The notes under the pieces were generated by a model. The model did no database searches. It was not told where the DNA came from and worked only from the letters and a program-made list of their open reading frames with translations. 64,000 bases of DNA, from positions 42,408,001-42,472,000 of the forward strand of contig NC_079171.1 in assembly GCF_947568905.1 (NCBI RefSeq), in the 5' to 3' direction. Origin of the DNA: Ostrea edulis (Eukaryota). Every line of letters begins with the position of its first letter. Position 1 is the stretch's first letter. Below are positions 46,701-59,701 of the stretch, piece after piece. The translations under genes and the position numbers were made by a program.

Positions 46701-47328
46701 AGAATCAGGATAACGAACAGTTCTACTATACCGCGAGAATACAGCCAGATCTCAGACAGCAGAATCAGGATAACGAACAGTTCTACTATACAGCGAGATC
46801 TCAGCGAGATCTCAGACAGCAGAATCAGGATAACGAACAGTTCTACTATACCGCGAGAATACAGCGAGATCTCAGACAGCATAATCAGGATAACGAACAG
46901 TTCTACTATACAGCGAGATCTCAGCGAGATCTCAGACAGCAGAATCAGGATAACGAACAGTTCTACTATACCGCGAGAATACAGCGAGATCTCAGACAGC
47001 ATAATCAGGATAACGAACAGTTCTACTATACAGCGAGATCTCAGCGAGATCTCAGACAGCAGAATCAGGATGACGAACAGTTCTACTATACAGCGAGATC
47101 TCAGACAGCAGAATCAGGATAACGAACAGTTCTACTATACAGCGAGAATACAGCGAGATCTCATACAGCAGAATCAGGATGACGAACAGTTCTACTATAC
47201 AGCGAGAATACAGCGAGATCTCAGACAGCAGAATCAGGATAACGAACAGTTCTACTATACAGCGAGAATACAGCGAGATCTCAGACAGCAGAATCAGGAT
47301 AACGAACAGTTCTACTATACAGCGAGAA
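43722..47328. repeat. 3.6-kb satellite of mixed 49-bp and 60-bp units with higher-order structure
   Basis: 49-bp core CAGCGAGATCTCAGACAGCAGAATCAGGATAACGAACAGTTCTACTATA, with or without an 11-bp module (CCGCGAGAATA, CAGCGAGAATA or CAGCGAGATCT). Confidence 0.95.
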
Positions 47329-48474
47329 GGGGCTTTACAGAGAATCAGCATGAATACTGTACAACATAATTGGGCATTTGACATGTGTATATATACCAAC
47401 CATACCTACATTAAACATTTATCTGCTGGGGATACGATTTTTGTGTCGTCATCCTATCGTACACAAGAAAAGGAATTCCTCCTTAATTTCAAAGATTAGT
47501 GAAAACCCATGGGCAAAGCGTAATAGCAGTTAGGGAGTTAAAACTGTTCACTGTTTGCCATTGGAAAATGACCTTGATGAGATAAAGTACACTGCATGTA
47601 CAAAAACACGGTTTGGGAGATTTATTCCAGAAAAATAATCTTCAGCAAGAAATTTTCATGGGTATATTAACTCTTTGCCTATCACGCCGCCTATGACGTA
47701 ACAGTAGCATTTGCTTTCGCCGCTGAATGATGACGTTACCCTTTTCCCCACAGCGCTTTGGAGTTGATTTGTGAAAATTCGGAATTTTTAACACATTTCT
47801 TCACTACGTTTTCCATTGTTATATAGTCTGTTAGTTTATCAAGGATAGTTCTGATAAAAGCTCATATATACTGTAAGGCTATCGAATCGGGAGGGAAAGC
47901 AAGTGAAAAATTACGATGAATATGGGACAAAATATTTTCTTTTGAAAAGATATATAGTCCAAAATTTGCCTTCTTTTTCTTCTTATTTCTCTTTTATTAA
48001 TTATTCCACATGTATGTTTGTATAACCAAGAAATACCACAAATGAATACTTCTTTATCTACTAGTATTTTTAAAAATCATATCAATATAGATCTACATGT
48101 ATTTACATTTGCAATGTGTTTTTTCCCTTCGATATGTTCTGTATATTATTTGTTTTAATTCAAACAATCTTATTATAAAATTTCATCTTGATTTCAAAGA
48201 AAAAACGTAATAAATTCAGCTTTAGACAAGGTTTAACATATTCATTTGTACTGACGACTCATTCAAAGTTTACTTAATAAAAGTAAACGAATATAAGTAT
48301 ATTCATATAATTATATATAAGTACTACATCATGTTCTGTAAATAAGAATTATCCTATGTAGTTGAAATTTTTTTAACGCATGCATAAATTCTCTTCAATG
48401 TTCAAAACAAGATGTGAAAAAAAAGTAAAGCAATGAGAATTATCAACATTACATACAGTAACAAACATGACATT

Positions 48475-51400
48475 AAATTACAATTTCTAAACACTACATC
48501 TAACTACAATCTCTAAACATTTCATCAAATCACAATCTCTAAATATTACATCAAATTATAATCTCTAAACATTACATCAAACTACAATCTCTAAACATTA
48601 TATCAAATTACAATCTCTAAACATTACATCAAACTACAATCTCTAAACATTACATCAAACTACAATCTCTAAACATTTCATCAAATTACAATCTCTAAAC
48701 ATTACATCAAGCTACAATCTCTAAACATTACATCAAATTACAATCTCTAAACATTATGTCAAATCACAATCTGTAAACAGTACATCAAATTAAAATCTCT
48801 AAACATTGTAATAAATTACAATCTCTAGACATTTCATCAAATTACAATCTCTAAACATTACATCAAATAACAATCTCTAAACATTACGTCAAATCACAAT
48901 CTGTAAACAGTACATCAAATTACAATCTCTAAACATTAGATCAAATTACAATCTCTAAACATTAGATCAAATTACAATCTCTAGACATTACATCAAACTA
49001 CAATCTCTAAACATTACGTCAAACTACAATCTCTAAACATTACGTCAAATCACAATCTGTAAACAGTACATCAAATTAAAATCTCTAAACATTGCAATAA
49101 ATTACAATCTCTAGACATTTCATCAAATTACAATCTGTAAACAGTACATCAAACTACAATCTCTAAACATTATATCAACTTACAATCCCTAAACATTATA
49201 TCAAATTACAATTTCTAGACATTACATCAAACTACAATCTCTAAACATTACGTCAAATTACATTCTCTAAACATTACATCAAATTACAATCTCTAAATAT
49301 TACGTCAAACTACAATCTCTAAACATTTCATCAAATTACAATCTCTAAACATTACGTCAAATTACAATCTCTAAACATTACGTCAAATTACAATCTCTAA
49401 ACATTACATCAAATTACAATCTCTAGACATTACATCAAATTACAATCTCTAAACATTACGTCAAACTACAATCTCTAAACATTTCATCAAATTACAATCT
49501 CTAAACATTACGTCAAATTGCAATCTCTAAACATTACGTCAAATTACAATCTCTAAACATTACATCAAATTACAATCTCTAGACATTACATAAAACTACA
49601 ATCTCTAAACATTACGTCAAACTACAATCTCTAAATATTACGTCAAATCACAATCTGTGAACAGTACATCAAATTAAAATCTCTAAACATTACAATAGAT
49701 TACAATCTTTAGACATTTCATCAATTTACGATCTGTAAACAATACATCAAACTACAATCTCTAAACATTATATCAAATTACAATCTCTAAACATTTCATC
49801 AAATTACAATCTCTAAACATTATGTCAAATCACAGTCTGTAAACAGTACATCAAATTAAAATCTCTAAACATTGCAATAATTTACAATCTCTAGACATTT
49901 CATCAAATTACAATCTCTAAACAGTACATCAAATTACAATCTCTAAACATTACATCAAATTACAATCTCTAAACATTACGTCAAATCACAATCTGTAAAC
50001 AGTCCATCAAATTAAAATCTCTAAACATTGCAATAAATTACAATCTCTAGACATTTCATCAAATTACAATCTGTAAACAGTGCATCAAACTACAATCTCT
50101 AAACATTATATCAAATTACAATCTCTAAACATACATCAAATTACAATCTCTAAACATTACATCAAATTACAATCTCTAAACATTACGTCAAATCACAATC
50201 TGTAAACAGTACATCAAATTAAAATCTCTAAACATTATATCAAATTACAATCTCTAAACATTACATCAAATTACAATCTCTAAACATTACATCAAATTAC
50301 AATCTCTAAACATTACGTCAAATTACAATCTGTAAACAGTACATCAAATTAAAATCTCTAAACATTATATCAAATTACAATCTCTAAACATTATATCAAA
50401 CTACAATCTCTAAACATTACGTCAAATTACAATCTCTAAACATTACATCAAATTACAATCTCTAGACATTACATCAAACTATAATCTCTAAACATTACGT
50501 CAAATTACAATCTCTAAACATTATATCAAATTACAATCTCTAAACATTACGTCAAATTACAATCTGTAAACAGTACATCAAATTAAAATTTCTAAACATT
50601 ATATCAAATTACAATCTCTAAACATTATATCAAACTACAATCTCTAAACATTACGTCAAATTACAATCTCTAAACATTATATCAAATTACAATCTCTAGA
50701 CATTACATCAAACTATAATCTCTAAACATTACGTCAAACTACTACCTCTAAACATTTCATAAAATTACAATCTCTAAACATTACGTCAAATCACAATCTG
50801 TAAACAGTACATCAAATTAAAATCTCTAAACATTACAATAAATTACAAGCTCTAGACATTTCATCAAATTACGATCTGTAAACAGTACATCATACTACAA
50901 TCTCTAAACATTATATCAAATTACAATCTCTAAACATTATATCAAATTACAATCTCTAAACATTTCATCAAATTACAATCTCTAAACATTACGTCAAACT
51001 ACAATCTCTAAACATTACATCAAATTACAATCTCTAAACATTACGTCAAACTACAATCTCTAAACATTTCATAAAATTACAATCTCTAAACATTACATCA
51101 AATTACAATCTCTAAACATTGAGTCAAATCACAATCTGTAAACAGTACATCAAATTACAATATCTAAACAATACATCAAATTACAATCTCTCAACATTAC
51201 ATCAAACTACAATCTCTAAACATTACGTCAAATTACAATCTCTAAACATTATATCAAATTACAATCTCTCAACATTACATCAAACTACAATCTCTAAACA
51301 TTACGTCAAATTACAATCTCTAAACATTATATCAAATTACAATCTCTAAACTTTACGTCAAATTACAATCTCTAAACATTACGTCAAAGTACAATCTCTA

Positions 51401-51791
51401 AACATTTCATCAAATTACAATCTCTGTACACTAAATCAAATTACAATCTCTAAACATTTCATCAAATTGCAATTTCTAAACATTTCATCAAATTACAATC
51501 TCTAAACATTACGTCAAATTACAAACTGTAGACATTACATCAAACTACAATCTCTAAACATTACGTCAAATTTCAATCTCTAGACATTTCATCAAATTAC
51601 AATCTCTAAACATTTCATCCAATTACAATCTCTAAACATTATGTCAAATTACATTCTCTAAACATTTTATCAAATTACAATATCTAAACATTACGTCAAA
51701 TTACAAACTCTAAATATTACATCAAATTACAATCTCTAAACATTTCATAAAATTACAATCTCTAAACATTTCATCAAATTACAATCTCTAA
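48475..51791. repeat. 3.3-kb satellite, 26-bp unit
   Basis: AATTACAATCTCTAAACATTACATCA units with variants. Confidence 0.95.
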
Positions 51792-52260
51792 TTTGAATAC
51801 CTTGGCATGTGACCAGAAAAATCACATGGTCAAAGTTCTAAATCATTTCATACTCTCACTCAATTAAAGAACACATTTTTGACATTGTAAAAGGCGTTTG
51901 CGAACATTTACAAAAAGTAGTTTACATTCATTTTCCATTCCAGCCGAAAATAGATTAAGGCAAGAGTAAATTTTAAATGGAAGTGAAAAATGAAATAACC
52001 AATCGGTGCAGTTGGATCAAATTGGAATGCTTACGTCAGATGTACGTCAATCAATTTTAGACAGCGGGAATCAAGCCAATCAGAGTGCAGATAATTATAT
52101 ATTCATACGATAAATGGAAAATAGTTTTTGATATAATATCTAGAATATTAAGATTTAACTCACATTAATGGCCGTGTGTATAATCCAGTGTTACGGTTTT
52201 CACCTGTAGTGACAACCGTGACACAAATCTGAACGGGGGGTCTTATCTTGTTCTGTCACG

Positions 52261-52313
<53 letters not shown>

Positions 52314-52674
52314 ACCAAAGAAAACACGATCAGAGCACTATAAGTACAATACTTGATACAGAGGTTATTTAAACTGCATGTTCCTTTAGCATTGTATACG
52401 ATGAGAGGTGTGCAGTGATTCGGCGTTTTCATGGTGATGAGATAAATATGATAGAAATAATTATTTCAGGGTTAGAAACCCAATGAAATCATCAGCCAAT
52501 CCTTGGCCTGGCTACACTTAAAAGTTTTCATCCCTGTTAAAAATCCCCCAGTCCTGCTTTTGCGTTTTGAGATGTTTATTATTTTACACGAATAAATTTA
52601 CAAATAAAAGTTGGGTGGGTTTTTTTTACGACATCTCTAATTGTACAGTGACTGTTAAAATTGACCCGACCGTC

Positions 52675-52959
52675 GGGGATTTCTAGTCAACTCGTACCCT
52701 GACCGACTCGTATCAACTAGTACTTAATAGGTCAACTCGTACCCAAAAGACAAAAGTCAACTCGTACCCAAGAATCTGTCCATAATGCAGTATATATATG
52801 CGCATATAAGTGACATATCGCTTAGGTACGAGTTGTCATCAATATGAAGAGGAGGAGTCAACTCGTAACCAGATTCTTGGGTACGAGTTGACTTTTGCCT
52901 TTTGGGTACGAGTTGACCTGGGTACGAGTCGGTCAGGGTACAAGTTGACTTGATTCCCC
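52675..52959. mobile_element. Foldback-type MITE with long TIRs built from GTCAACTCGTACCC subrepeats
   Basis: ~100-bp arms: GGGGATTTCTAGTCAACTCGTACCCTGACCGACTCGTA...TACGAGTCGGTCAGGGTACAAGTTGACTTGATTCCCC. Confidence 0.75.
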
Positions 52960-53662
52960 TTCGGGCTATCATGTGAAACTTCCTCCCGGAAAGCCTCCCA
53001 ATATTCTGATAAGTTCCATTCAAAACAACATCATTATATATATCTAATTAAATTAAACAACAAATCTGCAGGTGTTTTCACAGCGATGTAGTGACACGAT
53101 ATCTTCAAAACAAACGAAACCCTGATGGATGCTTCAACAGTCTTACAAAGCAAGATCGTGACCATAGATCATTAAATCGAGGTCACGTGACACATGTAAC
53201 ATTTCTCCTGGATTGTCAGGAGAATTTTATCAAATCTGGCAGAACGGAAAAAGGAGGGGTTAGAATTTACAACAGCAATTGGTTATGAAGTGTTTAGCAA
53301 TTATATCTATAATCGTACACTTTTTGGAGGTGCTGGGGTGTGACTTTTTTATTTCCATGATTACTGCCGAGACGCAATTCTGACAATGTTAATTATCAAA
53401 GTAAAAACGAATAAATTCATCCAATAAAAAAGAATAAACACTTATTACACTGCATGACGCACAACTACATTAATATTTTTGTCAGTGAATGTTGGTACAG
53501 GTTTTTCCCACTGTCAGCTTAGAAAAAATGCATGTATTGTTATCTAATTGTATACATGGATAAAATTAGGTCATAAAATCGGTGGTGTAGCATTAGTCGT
53601 GATAAGAATGAACGATATCGCAACTGAGAAAAATAGTCCCAACTACTACGAAATCAATTAAA

Positions 53663-56600
53663 ATGGCAACTGATCAACGTCCCTCTGCCGACAGAGGGCG
53701 TGTCCTTGTGATGCTGTTCATTGTTGTGTCGTTGCTAGGGGTTATTGCAAGCGTGTGTTTGATATACATCCAACTTTTGGAAATTAAAAACGAACTCGTT
53801 AATCTGAAACATTTAAGAGACGTTGATGAAAATGTGAGTACACCTATTATTTGGGATTTTTGTTTGTGTTTTCAATAAGAGGATTTGAGTTCGACCCCTT
53901 TGTAGGACAAGTGTCGTACTCTGTCGTGTAAATCCAGATACCAATGTTTTGGCAGCATTAAACACAGGAAAAGATACGTGTATTATTTACATTTGGAATC
54001 GAGGAATACGATAACGTTTGCCTTTTTCGATTATTGTAACTATCACGTAATTATGACAATGGCCAGAAAATGTTTTTGAATTTATGCATACAATAATAGG
54101 ATTACGATTCGAATTCATGCATACAGTAATTGGGTTGAATTTAACGGCGAATAGGTCGAATTTTGAATTCAATGAAACATTTTTTTAGTTACATGTATAG
54201 ATAGAGTTGATTATGACACTGTTAAAGGTATACATATTTATAGATACATATTATGTATATTTATGTAGCCAATATTACACATTTACACGTACATACTTCT
54301 TTTTGCTAACAATGCCTCCCAGGGCCCTTGATTGGTCAATGAAATATCTTGTATTTATAGAGATTATAAATTTTTACATTTACAGGTACATAGATTCGTA
54401 TACTTTCAGAAATAATTATTTTCATAGCATCTTGTTCAGTATCACATTTTGCGAGAGAGGGGGCGTTGTTGTAGTTCAGTATTACATTTTGTGTTGGAGG
54501 GGGCGTTGTTGTAGTTCAGTGTTACATTTTGTATGGGAGGGGGCGTTGTTGTAGTTCAGTGTTACATTTTGTGTTGGAGGGGGCGTTATTGTAGTTCAAT
54601 ATTACATTTTGTGTTGGAGGGGGCGTTGTTGTAGTTCAATATTTCATTTTGCGAGAGAGGGGGCGTTGTTGTAGTTCAATATTACATTTTGTGTTGGAGG
54701 GGGCGTTGTTGTAGTTCAATATTACATTTTGCGAGAGAGGGGGCGTTGTTGTAGTTCAATATTACATTTTGTGTGGGAGTGGGCGTTGTTGTAATTCAAT
54801 ATTGCATTTTGTGTGGGAGGGGGCGTTGTTGTAGTTCAGTATTACATTTTGCGTGGGAGGGAGCGATCTTCCCCTCTATATGTTTATCACAATATATTTT
54901 ACCCCACGTTCTGTTTATCTGATCATTTACGGGATTGCTCCTCGCAAATTCGTTGATACAGGCCTAATAAGATTCAGACAATCATAAGCTGATGGTATAG
55001 GTGGGTAATTAACGTGCTTGACACACTTTATAAATATTCTATGCACCTTAAATTTGAAAAAAAAACTCCAGACTTTAAAATTCTAGTACAGTGTAAGATT
55101 TTCGAGTACTAATTCGTATTAGAAATACTGTGGGATCATTTTAATTCGTGGGGGCCTTTTGTGGCCAAGCAACATTTTGTTTGTTCGTGGGGACGTAATT
55201 TCGTGGGTAAGCAATACGATGTCACTAAGAGAGATGAATCTACTTGGTTTAAAAAGATGTTCGTGGGGACGTAATTTTGTGGGTAAGAGTAACCCACGAA
55301 TTCCACGAACATCGATCTCCCACAAACAATGATGATTCTACAGTACTCATAAAATGAATTATCTAAGTAAGTTCGAATAGCGTGCTATATGTACAGTGTT
55401 TATGAATATTATCCATTATAAGATCTGAAGTAATTCTATAGAAAAAATGAGATAATTGTTTTGTTAGGCGAGGGTTTCTGATCCGTTGCTGTCCTAACAC
55501 TCTTGGCATATATTGTCAATTCAAGCTTTATTGTTCAAATTTTTGCATATGTTAACAATAGGAGGGAAGGGACATATTTAGAACATGAAAATTCTGAAGT
55601 CTGAGCTTAGTGGGTCCACAGCCACGCCCATGTTGGTGCTGAAAGGACAAAACTCCCGGAAGCTCATAGCATGCCGGGTATTTTATGGGGAACATTTCTA
55701 CATAGAATACTGTGTTTTATGTGAAAAAAAATCATGTTTAGGGTTCAGATTTGTTTTATTTTCATAATTGCTATGATTGAATCCTCTCCTGAAAGCATCA
55801 GAATCATGACGAAATAGTATTGTATAATTATGAACACTGTTATGTTATGTCCATGATAATAGAGTCTTTAAGTATGATTCAGTCTTCGCACAATTCTTAG
55901 AGAAATTGTAACCTTCTCTCGCGTGATCAATACTTATGCAGAACATTTAATACGCTATTACTCTTTTTAAGTATGGAGATGAAAGGAAAGAAGACTTCCA
56001 CAAGCACCGGTCTCAACAGAGACCTGTAGGTGTACAGAAGCGACAGACAGCCAACACATTCATGCAGGAATTACTGCAGGCCCAGGTAGCCAGTTAGCTC
56101 ACATTTACCTATAGTTTAAACAGATTGTAGCTCACGTGATCTTATTTATTTGGTAAAACTTTTAAATCGCCAATCCCGTGGGGATCCGGTCTTCAGTACC
56201 CCTGGCTTGTCGTAATAAGCGACTTAATGAATGAGACCGCAAAAACCGAGGTCTTGTGTCACAGCAGGTGTGTCACGATACAGATCCCTCCTTGCTCAAA
56301 AGCCGTAAGCGCTGAGCATAGGCCGACATTTTTCTTTACTTCGCCGGCAATGGTGACGTCTCCATATGAGGTATAAATTCTCGAGAGGAACGTTAAACAA
56401 TATTCAACCAATTAATCATTAAATCGACAAACACAAGAGGTTATGGTGTCATATTACATGTAGTAGCTAGCCCGAATAGCCGTGTCACAACACATAAGGG
56501 AGGTTCAGATACGGCGTCGTCGCACGTAGCTCCTCTAAGCTACTACATATATACAGGTAGCTCCTCTAAGCTATTGTTTACACGTAGATCCTCTAAGTTA

Positions 56601-59600
56601 TTGTATGTATATACATAGCTCCTCTAAGCTACTACATATATACTCGTAGCTTCTCTAAGCTAGTACATGTATACATTTAGCTCCTCTAAGTTATCACACA
56701 CATACACACGTAGTTTCTCTAAGCTATTACATATATACAGGTAGCTCCTCTAAGCTATTGTTTACACGTAGATCCTCTAAGTTATTGTATGTATACACGT
56801 AGCTCCTCTAAGCTATTACATATATACTCGTAGCTTCTCTAAGATATTACATGTATACATTTAGCTCCTCTAAGCTATCACACACATACACACGTAGCTC
56901 CTCTAAGCTATTACATATATACACGTAACTCCTCTAAGCTATTACATATATACACGTGAGTTATCTTTCATGTTTTACGTAACATGCCTACATGTATATT
57001 TCACCGAAAGACACATTTCATTTTGAAAAAAAAAATTATAAAGTAATTTTGTTGTAATGATTAAGAAATCAAATGCATTTATTATAAAACATTCGGACAT
57101 AAAGATTTTTTTAAAGTTTTGACCAACTATTGCAAAAATATGCATATGACAATTGAAATGCAAGCATTCATTTTGAGCACTCCATTTTATCATATACTCG
57201 TCAGTGGAACAAAAACCTTATTCGTACAGTCATGTTATATGTATGATGTTCAGAAATGATTTTAACCATAAGGAAATTGAAGATATTCATGTTGTTAATG
57301 GTATAAAGTATAGTTTTCCCGTGAATAATTTGATTGGGATAATCTGGAGAAGTGGTTGTTTTAATGAATTATGTAATAAACTTTAGAAGTTTACTCATTC
57401 ATTGCATGAAGCTGTACAGTTAGTCATTAGATATAGCAGTATTTTGAAAAGTCACCTGACCTTGAATTTCTAGACAACGATTCTTTCTACGTGTGAGTGA
57501 TATAGCTCGTTATTGCCGTGACCATTATCAGCATATAAAGAAATATATAACTGTAATGTAATATACATCGGAGGGGGGGGGGGGGTCCGGACAAAGAAAC
57601 TTCGCCAATATGAATGATAAATGATACATGAATTAAAAAAAAATAGAGCTCTAAAATTTCAAGCTACAAAGCCAACAGAGATTTCAAGCTATACTGTTTC
57701 CTGCGGTAATGCGGTAAAATGAGGCTGTCTAACGTATACAATGTCTATTTTCTCTTTACAAGGCGCATGTACTGGAATCCCATTGTGCTAACGACAGTCG
57801 ACTGTGTATGAGAGGTAAATGATGTAATTTGTCTTCACTAACACTGATACAAGAACCAGCATGGTCATCCATCTAAAGTTATATCTAATACAAGAAAAAC
57901 AATAGCTGGTACTAAGATGTTTCGTAATCAGCACTGTTTTCTTTGATAGACTAATTATTTCATTTCATGCCTTCATTCATTGATTCGTTTACTGCTTATT
58001 TAAAGTTGTATGGTCCGGATTTCAACATTTTTTCCGCCTTGTAATAACACTGCTAAATCACCCCATACACTTATTCCTGATGCCGTTCGACATGCCGTAC
58101 ATTATTTCATCCGTTATAGCCAAAATCGTTTCATTTTAAATCGGTGTTTACAAACAACTGTCACTCGGCCTTTTGAAATAATAGTCACGTGTTCAGTTCA
58201 GACTTTCAGATCATCGGTGGTCTTATCTGTGTAAAGCTGTGTATTTTGTTAAAATGAGTACCTTGCCATAAGTTTAAGAGAAATTAAAAACTATCAAATA
58301 CCTCTGACTAATTCGTTGTTTTACGCTCTTATAATCTTAAATACAGTGTGAATTATACACATCATGGGATTCCCCTGACGCGCGTGGGGATATTTATAGA
58401 CACCTAACAGATGTTTTACAATTCGTGTGTACCCGCTATATTTACGTTTTAAAGCTTTGCCCTGTTTTCTTTTACATGCAGATGTTTGCAAGCAAGTAAA
58501 GTTTAACTTAAGAAACTAACTAATATGCTTTAAAGTAATTCTGTACAAAAATAATACACGAACATCGGATCATACAGCTTTAATAATATACATTCGACTC
58601 CAAACAACCATAACAATCTTGATGATTTAAAGAGAGATGACACATCGTCACAATGACTAACGGAACACAAATGCAGGAATAGATATATATCTGGTATTCC
58701 GTGTCCCTTTGAGTTTTCTCGTCGTTCAACCAGTACTACATGTACATGTACTTACGATTGGCGTTTTGCAGATCAGGAGTTGGGAGTCCCGCAAGGGAGA
58801 TTTTTCTAAATTATTTTCCAGGCTGCTCACTAAAGAAAATTTCCAAAGTTTTAATTTCAAAACATTATTATATTATGATATAAATATTTTGTACTTTTGA
58901 TCCATAAAAATTGTCTTCGTTGTGTGTCTAATTTATAAGTCCCAAAGGTACCATTTAAAATCTTCACAAGTAGAAAAAGTATATTGAAATATTTTTCAGT
59001 GATATCATAGATATGATGTAATAAATGTACACAGGTCCAAAGGGAGATAAAGGAGACCCTGGACTTCCTGTTCAACGCATCACTCCCCCAGCGCCACCTT
59101 CAAAGCAGTGCGCATGCTTAGGTAAGCTTCCGATTTAGTGAAGGCCATGTAAACAAAATTTTATTGAATTACTCTTCCTTACATCAACTTTCTTCGGTTT
59201 GAGATCGTAACGTGCTCCATTGCCCAGAACCTGTTTGTTAAATAATTTTCTTCTTTGATTTTTTTCATCCTCATATTCTCGATCATCGGGTATTCTTAAA
59301 GTTCGTAGAATAAATGAGACAGATCACTATTCGTTATCGTCACATAGTTCTTACCAAACTATATTACCGATGATTTCAAAAAAAAAAATCTTAGCTTTTA
59401 ATAGAACTGTTAAACACATACATTGTAAATTTAAGTTCCTCTCCATTTGTCTTCAGAAGAACCAAAAATAGGACAAATTCAAAACATTGTCGCCAAAACC
59501 GGAAATGATGTAGACATCACGTGCCAGGTGACCGGAAATCCTCAACCATATGTGAAGTGGACAAACAATGGCGCTACGGTTTCAACCAACTCAGTTCTAC

Positions 59601-59701
59601 ATTTAACAAATGTTGACAGTGGGACATCGGGAAATTATACGTGTATTGGACAAAATATTGTTGGAATAAAAACGAAAACTATCTCAATAAATATTCAATA
59701 A
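53663..59701 (+). CDS. Short type II transmembrane collagen-Ig protein, paralog of the 8418-21425 gene; 222 aa
   Basis: Exons 53663-53833 (MATDQRPSADRGRVLVMLFIVVSLLGVIASVCLIYIQLLEIKNELVNLKHLRDVDEN; 171 nt, same as gene 2 exon 1), 55972-56085 (..VQKRQ..), 57763-57814 (AHVLESHCANDSRLCMRG; 52 nt, same as gene 2 exon 3), 59035-59121 (GPKGDKGDPGLPVQRITPPAPPSKQCACL) and 59457-59701 (Ig: ITCQVTGNPQPYVKW..SGNYTC..NIQ*). All GT-AG, same phases as gene 2, total 669 nt. Confidence 0.85.
54430..54862. repeat. 40-bp minisatellite in intron 1 of gene 4
   Basis: GGGGGCGTTGTTGTAGTTCAATATTACATTTTGTGTTGGA units. Confidence 0.9.
55126..55345. mobile_element. MITE with TACTGT...ACAGTA termini
   Basis: TACTGTGGGATCATT...AATGATGATTCTACAGTA, with internal TTCGTGGG subrepeats. 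Confidence 0.7.
56176..56415 (+). mobile_element. SINE copy, same family as 32455-32717
   Basis: CCCGTGGGGATCCGG...GTCGTAATAAGCGACTTAAT...GGCAATGGTGACGTCTCCATATGAG... Confidence 0.75.
56525..56957. repeat. ~31-bp minisatellite in intron 2 of gene 4
   Basis: TAGCTCCTCTAAGCTATTACATATATACACG units. Confidence 0.9.

Noticed and set aside
43710-47499. Long ORFs and a regular repeat array resembling a CRISPR or repeat protein
   Set aside because: Units are contiguous with no unique spacers, no cas genes, eukaryotic context; ORFs on both strands are by-products of stop-free repeat frames.
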